40,836 nucleotides of DNA from Octopus bimaculoides (taxonomy: Eukaryota), in assembly GCF_001194135.2 (NCBI RefSeq), contig NC_068983.1:23457932-23498767 (forward strand), written 5' to 3'. The stretch's first letter is position 1; each line of letters opens with the position of its first letter. The translations under genes were made by a program, and so were the position numbers. The notes beneath the pieces were generated by a model, which was given only the letters and a program-made list of their open reading frames with translations, did no database searches and was not told where the DNA came from. Below are positions 10,009 to 21,700 of the stretch, piece after piece.

Positions 10009-10929
10009 TGATATCCATTCCACTAGGTTATTACTTGTATAAATGTGTGAGTTAATAAAGGGTGGCGATGGTGGTGAAGTGAAGTACTTTTTTTTTTTTA
10101 AATAAAAAAAAAACAAGAGTAAGAAACAAAAAATCTTAAACAACTGTCTTAAATATCCTTGCTCCTCTCACATACAGAATTTTCTTTTCTTTTATTGATT
10201 TCCAAGTTGGTGATAGTAAAAAAAAAAAAATGAAAAAAAAAAGAAACCTTTCCTTTCATGTTTCTCCAAACTCATGATTTAGTTTTCACAATTATCGTGA
10301 TCGTAATCGTCTTTTATTCACATCACATTTTCTCAACTTGATTTACTTTGTGATTTTTTTTTTTTTTTGCAGATTGATACATGTGTGTAAGTGTGTGTGT
10401 CTGTCTGTCTGTCTGTCTTTTTGTCTATCTGAGTATTATTGTTGAGGAGGATGTAGGCTTGAGTAGAAAGCCAAAACACAGAAGAAAAAAATGAAATCTC
10501 TTGTTAGGAGCACTTAATGAAATTGATTCACAAAAGACTGTTGACAGCTGACTTCTGTATTAGAAAATGTTTTGTTTTGATAAGTAACATAAGCAACCAG
10601 TCTCAGGTTGACAGTTTATATATAAAAAAAGTAATAGTACAGATTTTTACTTAAAAACCTTTGATTTTGACTTTGAAAATAGTGAGTCTTGTTTGGTATT
10701 TTATTTTCATGGTTAGCTGACAAATGCAACAGTACTCTTGTTATTGTGTAGTTACTTTTGTAGGTGTATTTTAAATGGGTACCATTTGTTTTATACATTA
10801 AGGTATCAAAATATTCATATTGATTTCTTTGGGGCAGATTGCAATTTTACTGGAAATATTTAAAATGCTCATATTAATTCTACAAATATAGCCATCCCAC
10901 CCATTTAAGAATATAAAAATTAGCATAAA

Positions 10930-10981
10930 ACAACTATATATGTAGATATATATATATATATATGTATGTATGTAGATATTT

Positions 10982-11012
<31 letters not shown>

Positions 11013-11145
11013 TATATACATGTATTTATGTATATATATGTGTGTGTATATGTATTTATGTATATATGTATTTATGTGTATATATATGTGTGTGTGTATA
11101 TATATGTATGTATACATTTATGTATATGTATGTATACACATATAT
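10930..11145. repeat. Compound (TA)n/(TATG)n/(TG)n microsatellite
   Basis: Visible directly. Confidence 0.9.
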
Positions 11146-12624
11146 GAATTGTTGTGATATTTTGTTTTATTTTATATGAGTCACTTCTGTTAATGCTCTT
11201 TGTTGTTTGAATTATTAATCTAGGTTTTGAAATAACCTGTAAAGACTTTAAATCAATAAGTATTGTTTTGTTTCAGCATTTTCAATGTGATATGGGTTTT
11301 TTTTATAGACCATTGCTTCCCAAGAGAGATATAAATTTTATTTGTTCAGCCTTTCTCTTTGATATGAGAGAAGCTGCTATCTTAAGTTTTATTTATTGTA
11401 AAAAATATTTTTCATTTGTTTTCAAGGTGGTGCTGATAGATAACACTTTGTATGCATGTCTGTAAAAAAGGACCCATGTTCTAGGAAGAAACTAATGGGA
11501 TTGATACTGATATTGTTTAATTATAAGTTTTTATTTTGGGAGAGACCGAGAAAACAAATCACATACAATATTTTAGTAAGTCGAACTCTAACACTGTTAT
11601 TGAATCTTTAAAATCCCTTTTCTCTTGACATTTTGCTAATTAATAAGTAGTTTTATGAGAATTATGTATCATTAAGCTACATTATATTTTAGCATGTCAG
11701 CTGATAAAACTGAACTGCTCTAAATGAAGATTAGCTGTTCTGATGACTTGGTGAAATCCTGAGGGTTTTTTTTTCCGGTTAATCTGTCTGAATTCTATCA
11801 CTTTAACTTAGATAATAGTTCTCAAATGCATTATTTTACTAACCTCAATCTCAAAGTTTTCTATTTACTTCAGTTTTGCTTCAAGTCATATTAGTTTGTA
11901 TTGATTTTAAAAAAATGACTCAAAATTCATTATTTTGATCTTTTAAATTAATTCCGTTTATTTTTCTTTATGAATTATCTGCTGCAAGTTTTCACTACTG
12001 TTTTATATTCATCAGTCTTAAATGATTTAAGTTCACTTTTGTTAACATGGTACAACATTATATTTCCATTAAATCCATATTAGTCTATTATTCATTTCCA
12101 TGATAAAATAAATTATGTTAGAATTGCATTTCATTTTTTGCAGAAATGAAGTTTCGTGGTGACTAAATAAATATAGTTGTGCCAAAAATCTAACGATTCA
12201 GACCAAAGAGTTTCTAAAACTTAAAAATTGCAACAGGAATGTTAATTAACCTTCGTTATTTTGGCAAAATTAGTTTAGTTACTCTGTGTCTAGTTTTATA
12301 TGGTAGCTGTTCAAAGAATCCATGTAATATTGTCATTTAATTTTTTTCTCACTGCACTTTCAACGGTTCTGTTATAATTTCATAATTTGAAATAATTCTT
12401 TCCCAATAACAAAGGTGTTTCCGTTACTTAAACCTTCCCCACCTAATTTTTCCTTTTTTCTTTATATACAATTAAGTTATTTATTGTGTGTTCTCCTTTT
12501 ACACTTGGTCTTCTCTCCCTCAACATATAAAGAAATATACCATGATCAAGCTGTTCTAAGATTTTCAGTTGTCATCACAGGAAATCTGTTAAACACTTAG
12601 AACAATGTGATCATTTATGCGTTT

Positions 12625-12659
12625 TATATATATACATGTATATATATATACATACATAC

Positions 12660-12712
<53 letters not shown>

Positions 12713-12730
12713 CATACATACGTATATATA
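12625..12730. repeat. (TA)n/(TACA)n microsatellite
   Basis: Visible directly. Confidence 0.9.
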
Positions 12731-13120
12731 AATGTTTGCTCACATGGCAACGCTTTTAAGCTGTCATACATTCTTCCACTTTGTTCCAGTACTGACCAGT
12801 GAATCAGTACTTTAGATATTGGTATTACTGTTGCTATGTACTGTAAATATATACATATATTTTTTTTTTTATTTTGCTAAAAGATTAAAATGACTGTTTA
12901 GGTCATTTTTATCTGAATCAGGGAATGATGATTGAAAAGAAAAGAAAAAAAGAAAAAAAAAACAACCAAACAAACAAAAAACATGGATTTAGAGGGGAAA
13001 CCTAAATTTGTAAATAATTTTCATTCTGTAGTGAAAGTTTAATATATGTTTCCTTTGTCAGGAAAAGATAATAATCTCATTACTATTTGGATTGCAAAGT
13101 GTAAATACCTGTTTTAATAC

Positions 13121-13126
13121 AATAAA
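13121..13126 (+). terminator. Candidate distal polyadenylation signal (AATAAA)
   Basis: Preceded by TGTAAATA at 13100-13107 and followed by a T-rich downstream element; SINEs resume after ~13255. Confidence 0.5.
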
Positions 13127-13254
13127 AATGTAATATAAAAAAAATTATAGTTTCTTTGTCAGTTTTATGATTCTTCTGAATTCTCTCTAATTTTTGCTGC
13201 TTCAGTAAATATTTACTCATTTCATTTGTGGACACTGCATGACTGAATGGTTTA

Positions 13255-13410
13255 TCATTTTCTTTTATCTTTCTCTTGTTTCAGTCATTTGACTGTGGCC
13301 ATGTTGGGGCACCTCCTCAAAAGGTTGTATTTTTGAACCTAGAACTTATTCTGTCTGCCTCTTTTGCTCAACTATTAAGTTATGGGGATGTAAACACACT
13401 AACACTGGTT
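13255..13410 (-). mobile_element. SINE family B, 3' fragment
   Basis: cttgtttcagtcatttgactgtggccatg, shared with the full copies at 14181 and 14984. Confidence 0.65.
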
Positions 13411-13649
13411 GTCAATTGATAGAGGGACATACACAAAGACACAGACATATATGAATTTGAACTCAGAATGTAAAGACAGACAAAATATCAGCAAGCATTT
13501 CGCCCAGCTTGCTAATGTTTCTGCCAGCTCGCTGCCTTTAAAAAGATGAAAGACATAGTTGGCCTTGCCAGGATTTGAACTCAGAAAGTGAAAAAGCCAG
13601 AACAAATACAAGGTATTTTGTCTGGCATTTTAACAGTTCCAGTAATTCA

Positions 13650-13925
13650 CCACCATAGTATGTAAATATTGGGTTGGAAAACCCTTTTGGATGTGTGTTT
13701 GTGTGTACACTTATTGTTACATCACATGATAGCTGTAACCAAGCATTGCTGTCACACAAGCGATGGTGTTTGTTTATCTTTTGTGGAAAACATGTCTGGC
13801 CTTGAGAAATATTACCTTGTGAGGGTTGGTGACAGGAAGAGCATCTGGATGTAGTAAGTGTGTCTCAATTCCATCTGACCCATACAAACATTGGAAAAGT
13901 GGGTGTTAAATGATGACGATGATTA
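13650..13925 (+). mobile_element. Degenerate SINE-like element ending in the RTE-type tail
   Basis: ggttggtgacaggaagagcatctggatgtag ... cccatacaaacattggaaaagtgggtgttaaatgatgacgatgat, with no RTE coding sequence upstream. Confidence 0.45.
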
Positions 13926-14180
13926 CCAACTGAAATAAAATGCCTTGAGTATGAAACCTGCAGCTATCATTTGAGCCATACCTTTGGAACCAGGTCAACT
14001 TGGGTTGAGGTGACCTATCATCAAAAATGTTTCAGCCATGACCACTTCATCTTTCTAGTGATATACCTTGAACTACTTCATCCAATGTATCCTTATTTAA
14101 AAGAGTAGAGTAAATTTGAAGACAGATTTGGTTGGTATTGTGAGCTGATTGAATGGCCACACAGGTTCCACTCTTCAGCT

Positions 14181-14575
14181 TACTCTTTTACTTGTTTCAG
14201 TCATTTGACTGTGGCCATGCTGGAGTACTGCCTTTAGTCGAGCATATCGACCCAGGACTTATTCTTTGTAAGCCTAGTACTTATTCTATCGGTTCTTTTG
14301 CCGAACCGCTTAATTACAGGGACGTAATCACACAAACATTGGTTGTGAAGCGATGTTGGGGGGGACAAACATAGACACACGCACATACATATATATATAT
14401 ATATACATATATAAGACGGGCTTCTTTCAGTTTCCGTCTACCAAAACCACACACAAGGCTTTGGTCGGCCTGAGGCTATAGTAGAAGACACTTGCCCAAG
14501 GTGCCACGCAGTGGGACTGAACCCGGGACCATGTGGTTCGTAAGGAGGCTACTTAATACACAGCCACTCCTACGC
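14181..14575 (-). mobile_element. SINE family B, full length (tRNA-like head, ccttgggcaagtgtctt core, internal microsatellite)
   Basis: Reverse-complement homologue of 14984-15399. Confidence 0.85.
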
Positions 14576-14983
14576 TTGTTTAACTTTTATAGAAATCTTA
14601 TTTGAAACTAGATGCCAGTGAAGACTTCTCAGAATTTTGGATTAGGGAGTGAATTAGCTGAGTCATCAGAGCATAAAACAAAATGCTTCCAGTATAGTTC
14701 CAGCTCTGTCCTGAATTCAAATCATATCAAAGGCAGTTTTGTCCTTCATCCTGTCGGAGCTGATAAAATAAGGTGCTAGTCCTGGACAGTGGTTCGCTGG
14801 AATTACTAGAGCATTGGATAAGGATTTTTTGCAGTGTTTGTAGTTTTTTTTTCTTTTTGCATTCTGAATTCTTCAGTGGTACACTTCACCTGATTCTTGA
14901 GTATCTTTAGTAAAGTTCGTTCAAATGCAAACATGGTCTCGGTTCCCGATTTGAAGATAACTTCCTCCTTTTATTCCACCAGT

Positions 14984-15144
14984 CGCAGGAGTGGCTGTGT
15001 GGTAAGTAGCTTGCTTACCAACCACATGGTTCCGGGTTCAGTCCCACTGCATGGCACCTTGGGCAAGTGTCTTATACTATAGTCTCGGGCCGACCAAAGC
15101 CTTGTGAGTCTATTTGGTAGACGGAAACTGAAAGAAGCCCATCG

Positions 15145-15175
<31 letters not shown>

Positions 15176-15399
15176 GTGTGCGTATATGTTTGTGTGTCTG
15201 TGTTTGTCCCCCCACCATCGCTTGACAACTGATGCTGGTGTGTTTACGTCCCCGTAACTTAGCGGTTTGGCACTAAGATACCGATAGAATAAGTACTAGG
15301 CTTCCAAAGAATAAGTCCTGGGGGTCGATTTTCTTGACTAAAGGCGGTGCTCCAGCATGGCCGCAGTCAAATGACTGAAACAAGTAAAAGAGTAAAGAG
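14984..15399 (+). mobile_element. SINE family B, full length
   Basis: A-box tggctgtgtgg, B-box gggttcagtccc, internal (TA)/(TG) repeat, tail gcatggccgcagtcaaatgactgaaacaagtaaaaga. Confidence 0.85.
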
Positions 15400-15824
15400 T
15401 CTCATAAGTTCTGACACAGTAAACAAGGTTATAAAGAAAGAAAGCAAAGTGATGCACCAAGATATTTAGCACAATCACTGGTACCATATTTGGCCAACGG
15501 AAGGAAGCAACAACATTGGTGTTCAAATATTCATTAAATCCATCATAGACTACATCTGTCTTAAACTGTCTCAACCTGTTTCCCCAATCTCTACTCTACA
15601 GACTACTGATAACACAAAACAGGGCACTATGTATCATAACATGTCTATGGACCACATTCACAGGATTACATACGTAATGAAATGAAACCCCAACAGTATG
15701 TCATTTGCTCAAAGACCATCTCAAAACTTCAAGACACATGTACAACATCCAGTTAATTGTTTCCAGAGTTGTACATCAAGTGGTTTTCACTCTAAATTTC
15801 AATCTAATTATTACTGAATATTTT

Positions 15825-16325
15825 AATATGAGTCTTTCGATAATTTACACCTATTTATGTAACTTTTTGCCTGGGTGCTTTTTCTCTTGGTATGTTTGAC
15901 TTTCATGGAAGCGCAATGGCCCAGTGGTTAGGGCAGCGGACTCGCGGTTTCGATTCCCAGACTGGGTGTTGTGAGTGTTTATTGAGCGAAAACACCTAAA
16001 GCTCCACGAGGCTCCGGCAGGGGATGGTGGTGAACCCTGCTGTACTCTTTCACCACAACTTTCTCTCGCTCTTACTTCCTGTTTCTGTTGTGCCTGTAAT
16101 TCAAAGGGTCAGCCTTGTCACACTGTGTCACGCTGAATATCCCCGAGAACTACGTTAAGGGTACACGTGTCTGTGGAGTGCTCAGCCACTTGCATGTTAA
16201 TTTCACGAGCAGGCTGTTCCGTTGATCGGATCANNNNNNNNNNAATATGAGTCTTTCGATAATTTACACCTATTTATGTAACTTTTTGCCTGGGTGCTTT
16301 TTCTCTTGGTATGTTTGACTTTCAT
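15825..16325. repeat. 82-bp exact direct repeat bracketing the SINE-A copy and a 10-N gap
   Basis: 15825-15906 is identical to 16244-16325. Confidence 0.9.
15907..16233 (+). mobile_element. SINE family A (tRNA-derived), 3' end lost in a gap
   Basis: Head ggaagcgcaatggcccagtggttagggcagcggactcgcgg; homologous to 20486-20870 and 35382-35765. Confidence 0.85.
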
Positions 16326-16491
16326 TTAGTGCCCTTTAGTAGATTTTAAAATTTTGAATTGGCAACTTTGACTATTTCAGCGTCTTAAAAATTGAATGGC
16401 CTTTGAGTTATTGCTGTACTGAGCAAGCTGAATTTCAGCACCCTTTCAGTCGAGTTAAAGAAAAAAAAACACAAAACAACTTTCGCTTAGT

Positions 16492-16840
16492 CGCAGGCGT
16501 AGCTGTGTGGTAAGAAGTTTGCTTCCTGATCACATGGTTTTATGTTCAGTCACACTACGTGGCACCATCTTCTACTATAGCTCCGGGTCGACCAAAGCCT
16601 TGTGAGTGGATTTGGTAAACAGAAACTGAAAGAAACCCGTTGTATATAAAAAAAAAAGTCTGGTACTATTCTATCGGTTTCTTTTTGTTGAACCACTCAG
16701 CGGTTCTGTTACAGAAATCGATAGACTAAAAACTAGACTTGAAAGAAAAACAAGTATTGGGGGTCGATTTGTTCGACTAAACTCCTCAAGGTGTTGCCCC
16801 AGCGTGGCTGCAGTCTAATGACTGAAGCAAGTAAAAGATA
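16492..16840 (+). mobile_element. SINE family B with internal deletions
   Basis: Head cgcaggcgtagctgtgtggtaagaag; tail gcagtctaatgactgaagcaagtaaaaga. Confidence 0.75.
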
Positions 16841-18125
16841 GAGGAGAAAATGTAAATGAAGCAATAAGGCGTTTATTACAATAACCAAACCAGTGAAGCA
16901 GCAAAGCTTCGAATCCTTTCAACAACTATGGGAGAGAGAGAGAGAGAGCGTGCGTGTGTGTGTGTGTGCGTACCATCACTGGCAATATTTTCGGCTCATT
17001 TCCGTTACAAAAATTGAGTGGTGAATGGATGGGTAAGAGAAAATCCAGAGTCTGCTGTCTGCTATCTTCCATAGATGTAACGATTTTCATCTAATAACAT
17101 ATAGGATATTGACATAACAGGTAAAAAAAAATTAAAAAATCCGGAACACATACATTATCTTATGGGTCTCTGCTTCATTTGAAAATGATTTTATACTCCT
17201 TTCTACATCTATTTTTTGTTACTATTTATTATTTTTACTATATCTTTCTCTAATGACATAATTGCCGAATAATTTCGTCTTTGTGTTACGGATGACCATA
17301 AATACACCGACTATATATATATATATATNNNNNNNNNNNNNNNNNNNNNNNNNNNNNNNNNNNNNNNNNNNNNNNNNNNNNNNNNNNNNNNNNNNNNNNN
17401 NNNNNNNNNNNNNNNNNNNNNNNNNNNNNNNNNNNNNNNNNNNNNNNNNNNNNNNNNNNNNNNNNNNNNNNNNNNNNNNNNNNNNNNNNNNNNNNNNNNN
17501 NNNNNNNNNNNNNNNNNNNNNNNNNNNNNNNNNNNNNNNNNNNNNNNNNNNNNNNNNNNNNNNNNNNNNNNNNNNNNNNNNNNNNNNNNNNNNNNNNNNN
17601 NNNNNNNNNNNNNNNNNNNNNNNNNNNNNNNNNNNNNNNNNNNNNNNNNNNNNNNNNNNNNNNNNNNNNNNNNNNNNNNNNNNNNNNNNNNNNNNNNNNN
17701 NNNNNNNNNNNNNNNNNNNNNNNNNNNNNNNNNNNNNNNNNNNNNNNNNNNNNNNNNNNNNNNNNNNNNNNNNNNNNNNNNNNNNNNNNNNNNNNNNNNN
17801 NNNNNNNNNNNNNNNNNNNNNNNNNNNNNNNNNNNNNNNNNNNNNNNNNNNNNNNNNNNNNNNNNNNNNNNNNNNNNNNNNNNNNNNNNNNNNNNNNNNN
17901 NNNNNNNNNNNNNNNNNNNNNNNNNNNNNNNNNNNNNNNNNNNNNNNNNNNNNNNNNNNNNNNNNNNNNNNNNNNNNNNNNNNNNNNNNNNNNNNNNNNN
18001 NNNNNNNNNNNNNNNNNNNNNNNNNNNNNNNNNNNNNNNNNNNNNNNNNNNNNNNNNNNNNNNNNNNNNNNNNNNNNNNNNNNNNNNNNNNNNNNNNNNN
18101 NNNNNNNNNNNNNNNNNNNNNNNNN

Positions 18126-19180
18126 ACCAAAGAAAAAAACCTCAGTACACTGCAAAATAGAACCCGTCTTCCAGAAGGATGGTTCCCTCACAGATAACCC
18201 AACCAAGATTGAGGGACTGAATGATAAGTCCAAAAATGTCTTTATCACCCCGTTGGAACACAGACAAGTGAACGAACCAGTGGATTTTTGACGCTTCACC
18301 TATAACTAGCGAGGCAGTTACAATGGATTACATCGACATTGGTGAAGAAGATATAATACTAGCCATAGATGAGGTGGACACAAACACAACTGCTGGCCCT
18401 GATGGTTCCTCAGCAATCCTCCTCAAATCGTGTAAACGTGCCCTGGCGAAACCACTACAGATTCTCTTCCAGAGTTTTCTTGCAAATGGCAAGCTGCCAA
18501 ACAAACTGAAGGAGGGAATAATATGCCGAATCCATAAAGGAGGAAGCTGAACAGATACCAAAAATTATAGGCCTATCTCTCTGACTTAGCACATTAGTAA
18601 AGTCATGGAACGAATAGTCACAGGGAAACTAATCGTATTCCTTAAAGAAATCAACTTGCTGAGTGATACCCAGCTCCTACAACTATGGCTAGGTGTTGAG
18701 ACAGTTACTCGACAACTCAAATATGGACGTAATGTACCTGGACTTTGCAAAAGCTTTTGATAAAGTTGATCATGGTATGATATGCCACAAATTGTGTAAT
18801 CTAGGCATAGATGGAAAACTTGGAGAGTGGTTACATGACTTTCCGAAAGATAGAAGTCAGGAAGTAGTGGCCAATGAAGCCACCTCAAAGGAAACACAAA
18901 TGGTGTTCCATGGGGCACTATCTTGGGACCACTGCTTTTCATAGTAGTCCTCTCAGATATGCCTTCGGCTGCCCGGATAGCCACCCTTGCTAGCTACGCA
19001 GATGATACGAAAATTTTGCAGAAAATACAAAACCGTAGCGATGTTGCACGCCTGCAGCAGGAGTTGGATGCCATTTACAGATGGGCTGAGGACAATGATA
19101 TGCAGTTTAATGCTGGAAATTTCCAAGCCATGCGCTACCAGCACCCAAAACTGAACGAAAAACTTACAGGGTACACTAGC
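18126..19180 (+). mobile_element. Decayed CR1-type LINE ORF2 (reverse transcriptase) fragment
   Basis: AGPDG, NYRPISLT, YLDFAKAFDKVDH, GPLLF, YADDTK and W...N.MQFN motifs spread over several frames with stops; 5' side runs into an N gap. Confidence 0.85.
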
Positions 19181-19345
19181 CCAGGGACTAGCCAGGGAAA
19201 GTCGTTTTCAGATGCCAAACGCCTTTCTCTTTCTAGCAAGCAATTGCTTCCGTAACAGACGCTGTTATTACCAAAGGTGCGCGAGCCTTGTCATTGTTAT
19301 TTTTCCATCACCACTATAAAACAGCTGACTACAGCAGCCTTTTGT

Positions 19346-19368
19346 CTAACCCTAACCCTAACCCTAAC
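19346..19368. repeat. Interstitial (CCCTAA)n telomere-type repeat, ~4 units
   Basis: ctaaccctaaccctaaccctaac. Confidence 0.8.
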
Positions 19369-19804
19369 ACCAGTACAAACGCATGAACGATGTCATAAAT
19401 AACTACCGCCGATAGTTGTTGTTGACAAATAACGGCACTAATTTTATTCAAGGTAAAACATCCCATTACACCGCTAGAACATGTTTACATTCCACAGCAG
19501 TAATTGTTTTCACCTCAATAGACGTCAGTGATTGGTTGAAATTACCGAAATACGACAACTTTTAACATGAAATAACTTCGAATATGAAAATTTTCCTCTG
19601 TTCTATAAGACAAAATATACAAGTATATGAAGTTTTAAAGTGTTTCGGTAGAAAACACACTAAATAAAACATAAATAAATCAGAGTCTACGATATAGTGT
19701 GTGTCAAATGATAGTTTCTCTTCGTATTGTTGTGAACTCTTATAGCTAGAATGAAAAATTAGTTAATATAAAATTTAAGTCGTAATTCTCTACAACGAAT
19801 GACG

Positions 19805-20095
19805 AGTGGATTTGGTAGACGGAAACCGAAAGAAGCCCATCGTGTGTATATATATATATATATATGTAGCAAGATCCACTACATATATATATGTGTGCGC
19901 GCGCGCGTATGTTTGTGTGTCTGTGTTTGTCCCCCCACCATCGCTTGACAACCGATGTTGGTGTGTTCACGTCCCCGTAACTTAGCGGTTCGGCAAAAAA
20001 GATCGATTGAATAAGTACTGGGTCGATTTGTTCGACTAAAGGCGGTGCTCCAGCATGGCCACAGTCAAATGACTGAAACAAATAAAAGAATAAAA
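19805..20095 (+). mobile_element. SINE family B, 5'-truncated
   Basis: gagtggatttggtagacggaaaccgaaagaagccc through to tail aatgactgaaacaaataaaagaa. Confidence 0.8.
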
Positions 20096-20485
20096 AGAAT
20101 TCAAATGGTACAAATTACAATTATAAAGAAATTTGTGGAGAAAACGTCTTCCGAAGAGGTGAAGAGAGGACTGTCAGAGAGTTCACGCGATCAGTTTTTT
20201 ATCTCGCATAACTTTTAGGATCTAGTTTAGCGCCGGGTTGCCAAAACGAAAGAAAACCAATCTAATAGGTGTAAAAACAAATGTGTAGAAAACAAATATG
20301 AAAAAAAAAAAAAAAAAAAAAAATTGCGCAAACGAACGGGGGTGGGGGAGAGGACTTTCCGTTTATAAGTTCTAAGTTACTTTGATGGTAGAAAAAAAAG
20401 AAGCAAAAAGTGCATCATAAATAATGCATGGACGCCAGGGAAATATGTCCTGGGTTTTATATGTGATACACAGGATAGACAAAGG

Positions 20486-20870
20486 TTGTTGTTGGCACTC
20501 CGTCGCTTTCGACGTCGAGGGTTCCAGTTGATCCGATCAACGGAACAGCCTGCTCGTGAAATTAACGTGCAAGTGGCCGAGCACTCAACAGACACGTGTA
20601 CCCTTAACGTAGTTCTCGGGGATATTCAGCGTGACACAGTGTGACAAGGCTGACCCTTTGAATTATAGGCACTACAGAAGCAGGAAGTAAGAGTGAGAGA
20701 AAGTTGTGGTGAAAGGGTACAGCAGGGTTCGCCACCACCCCCTGCCGTAGCCTCGTGGAGCTTTAGGTGTTTTCGCTCAATAAACACTCACAACGCCCGG
20801 TCTGGGAATCGAAACCGCGATCCTATGACCGCGAATCCGCTGCCCTTACCACTGGGCCATTGCGCCTGCA
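20486..20870 (-). mobile_element. SINE family A, full length with (CAA)n tail
   Basis: Reverse complement of the family-A head at 20821-20870; tail ttgttgttggcactccgtcg. Confidence 0.88.
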
Positions 20871-21144
20871 CAGGCAAAGGTTAAATGATGTCCAATCATC
20901 TTTATTTTTAAAGATGGGATGGTCAAATTTGGAATACCTTTAACTTTCAGGTCTACTTGGAGTTAGCATTAACAATTAGCTTTTCTTCAAATTCTTTCGT
21001 CTTTGTTGCGAGAGAGTTTCGGCGAAAGAGTGCTCCCGAAAAATAGTTTTTATTCATTTTCATCTCCCATAAACCACCTATACAACAATTTTATTGTGTA
21101 GGTCAGTTCTGAAACAACCTATTAACAGGCTCCACTTCAGCAAG

Positions 21145-21290
21145 TTCAGGTAGTGGGTAAGTCGATTACTTCGACTTCAGTGATCAACTCGGTACTTATT
21201 TGATTAATCCCAAAACTGATGAAAGCAAAGTTGACCTCGGCATAATTTGAACATATTTTGCTCGGCGTGTTAACGATTTAGCTAGCTTGC
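21145..21290 (-). mobile_element. SINE family D, degenerate
   Basis: Reverse-complement similarity to 39423-39630 (gaggtcaactttgctttcatc, aataagtaccgagttga, gtcgaagtaatcgactta). Confidence 0.5.
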
Positions 21291-21542
21291 CTCCTTTCCC
21301 CACTTCAAATATTAGTAAAAATTTTTACCCTCGCCTCCTCTTTGTTTATGAGAACACAAAAGAGTTTGTATAATTATTCTTTCTTCTTTCTTTGCCATGG
21401 TATTGGGTAAGCTTTAAAAAAAACCCATCTTAATTTATTAAATATTAAAGAATTTGCTTCCTTTTCAATTTTCATCCCCATCTTCCGAAAGGTGTTGCTG
21501 GAAACAAGCCTCTCTGCAACAAACACTAGTGAATGTAGTCTG

Positions 21543-21700
21543 TGTTATGATACACAGAACGCTGTTTTGTATTCTTTATAGTTTATTGTGGAGAATTTGG
21601 GGATCTAAGCAAGACTGGTATAATCCATGACAGATCTGATGCATTGTTTTTACACCGTCATTTATTTTTGTTGGGCAACATCTGTTATCGGTTTCGTGTA
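21543..21700. mobile_element. Diverged relative of the start of the 26510 LTR-like element
   Basis: Both begin tgttatga and share ~150 bp of patchy similarity (gctgttt, tattgtgg, ctggt.taat.cat, gatct.at.cattgtt.tacaccgt). Confidence 0.5.

Larger units (their letters stand above)
10009..13140 (+). other. Probable long 3' UTR of ZC3H18
   Basis: AT/U-rich, no recognisable SINE or LINE, ends in AATAAA at 13121-13126 followed by a T/GT-rich stretch. A proximal AATAAA at 10054-10059 is also possible. Confidence 0.55.

Noticed and set aside
10962-11179. ORFs rich in YI, CV or TH dipeptides (also 12589-12802, 26144-26495, 29137-29966, 33486-33829)
   Set aside because: Translations of dinucleotide and tetranucleotide microsatellites.
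11735-11760. Hammerhead-like CTGATGA...GAAA here and CTGATGA...CGAA at 31585-31606
   Set aside because: Stem II cannot form (C/T and C/C closing pairs), the second lacks GAAA, and no stems I/III with a cleavage triplet were found.
15907-15975. tRNA-like sequences at SINE heads (also 2840-2912, 9043-9115, 14984-15055, 20800-20870, 35700-35765)
   Set aside because: They have A/B boxes but no complete cloverleaf or acceptor stem and continue into repeat bodies; they are SINE heads, not tRNA genes.
17222-18299. Long ORFs of 170-337 aa here and at 3407-4147 and 35662-36294
   Set aside because: They are open only because they run through N gaps (3666-4015, 17329-18125, 35773-36229).
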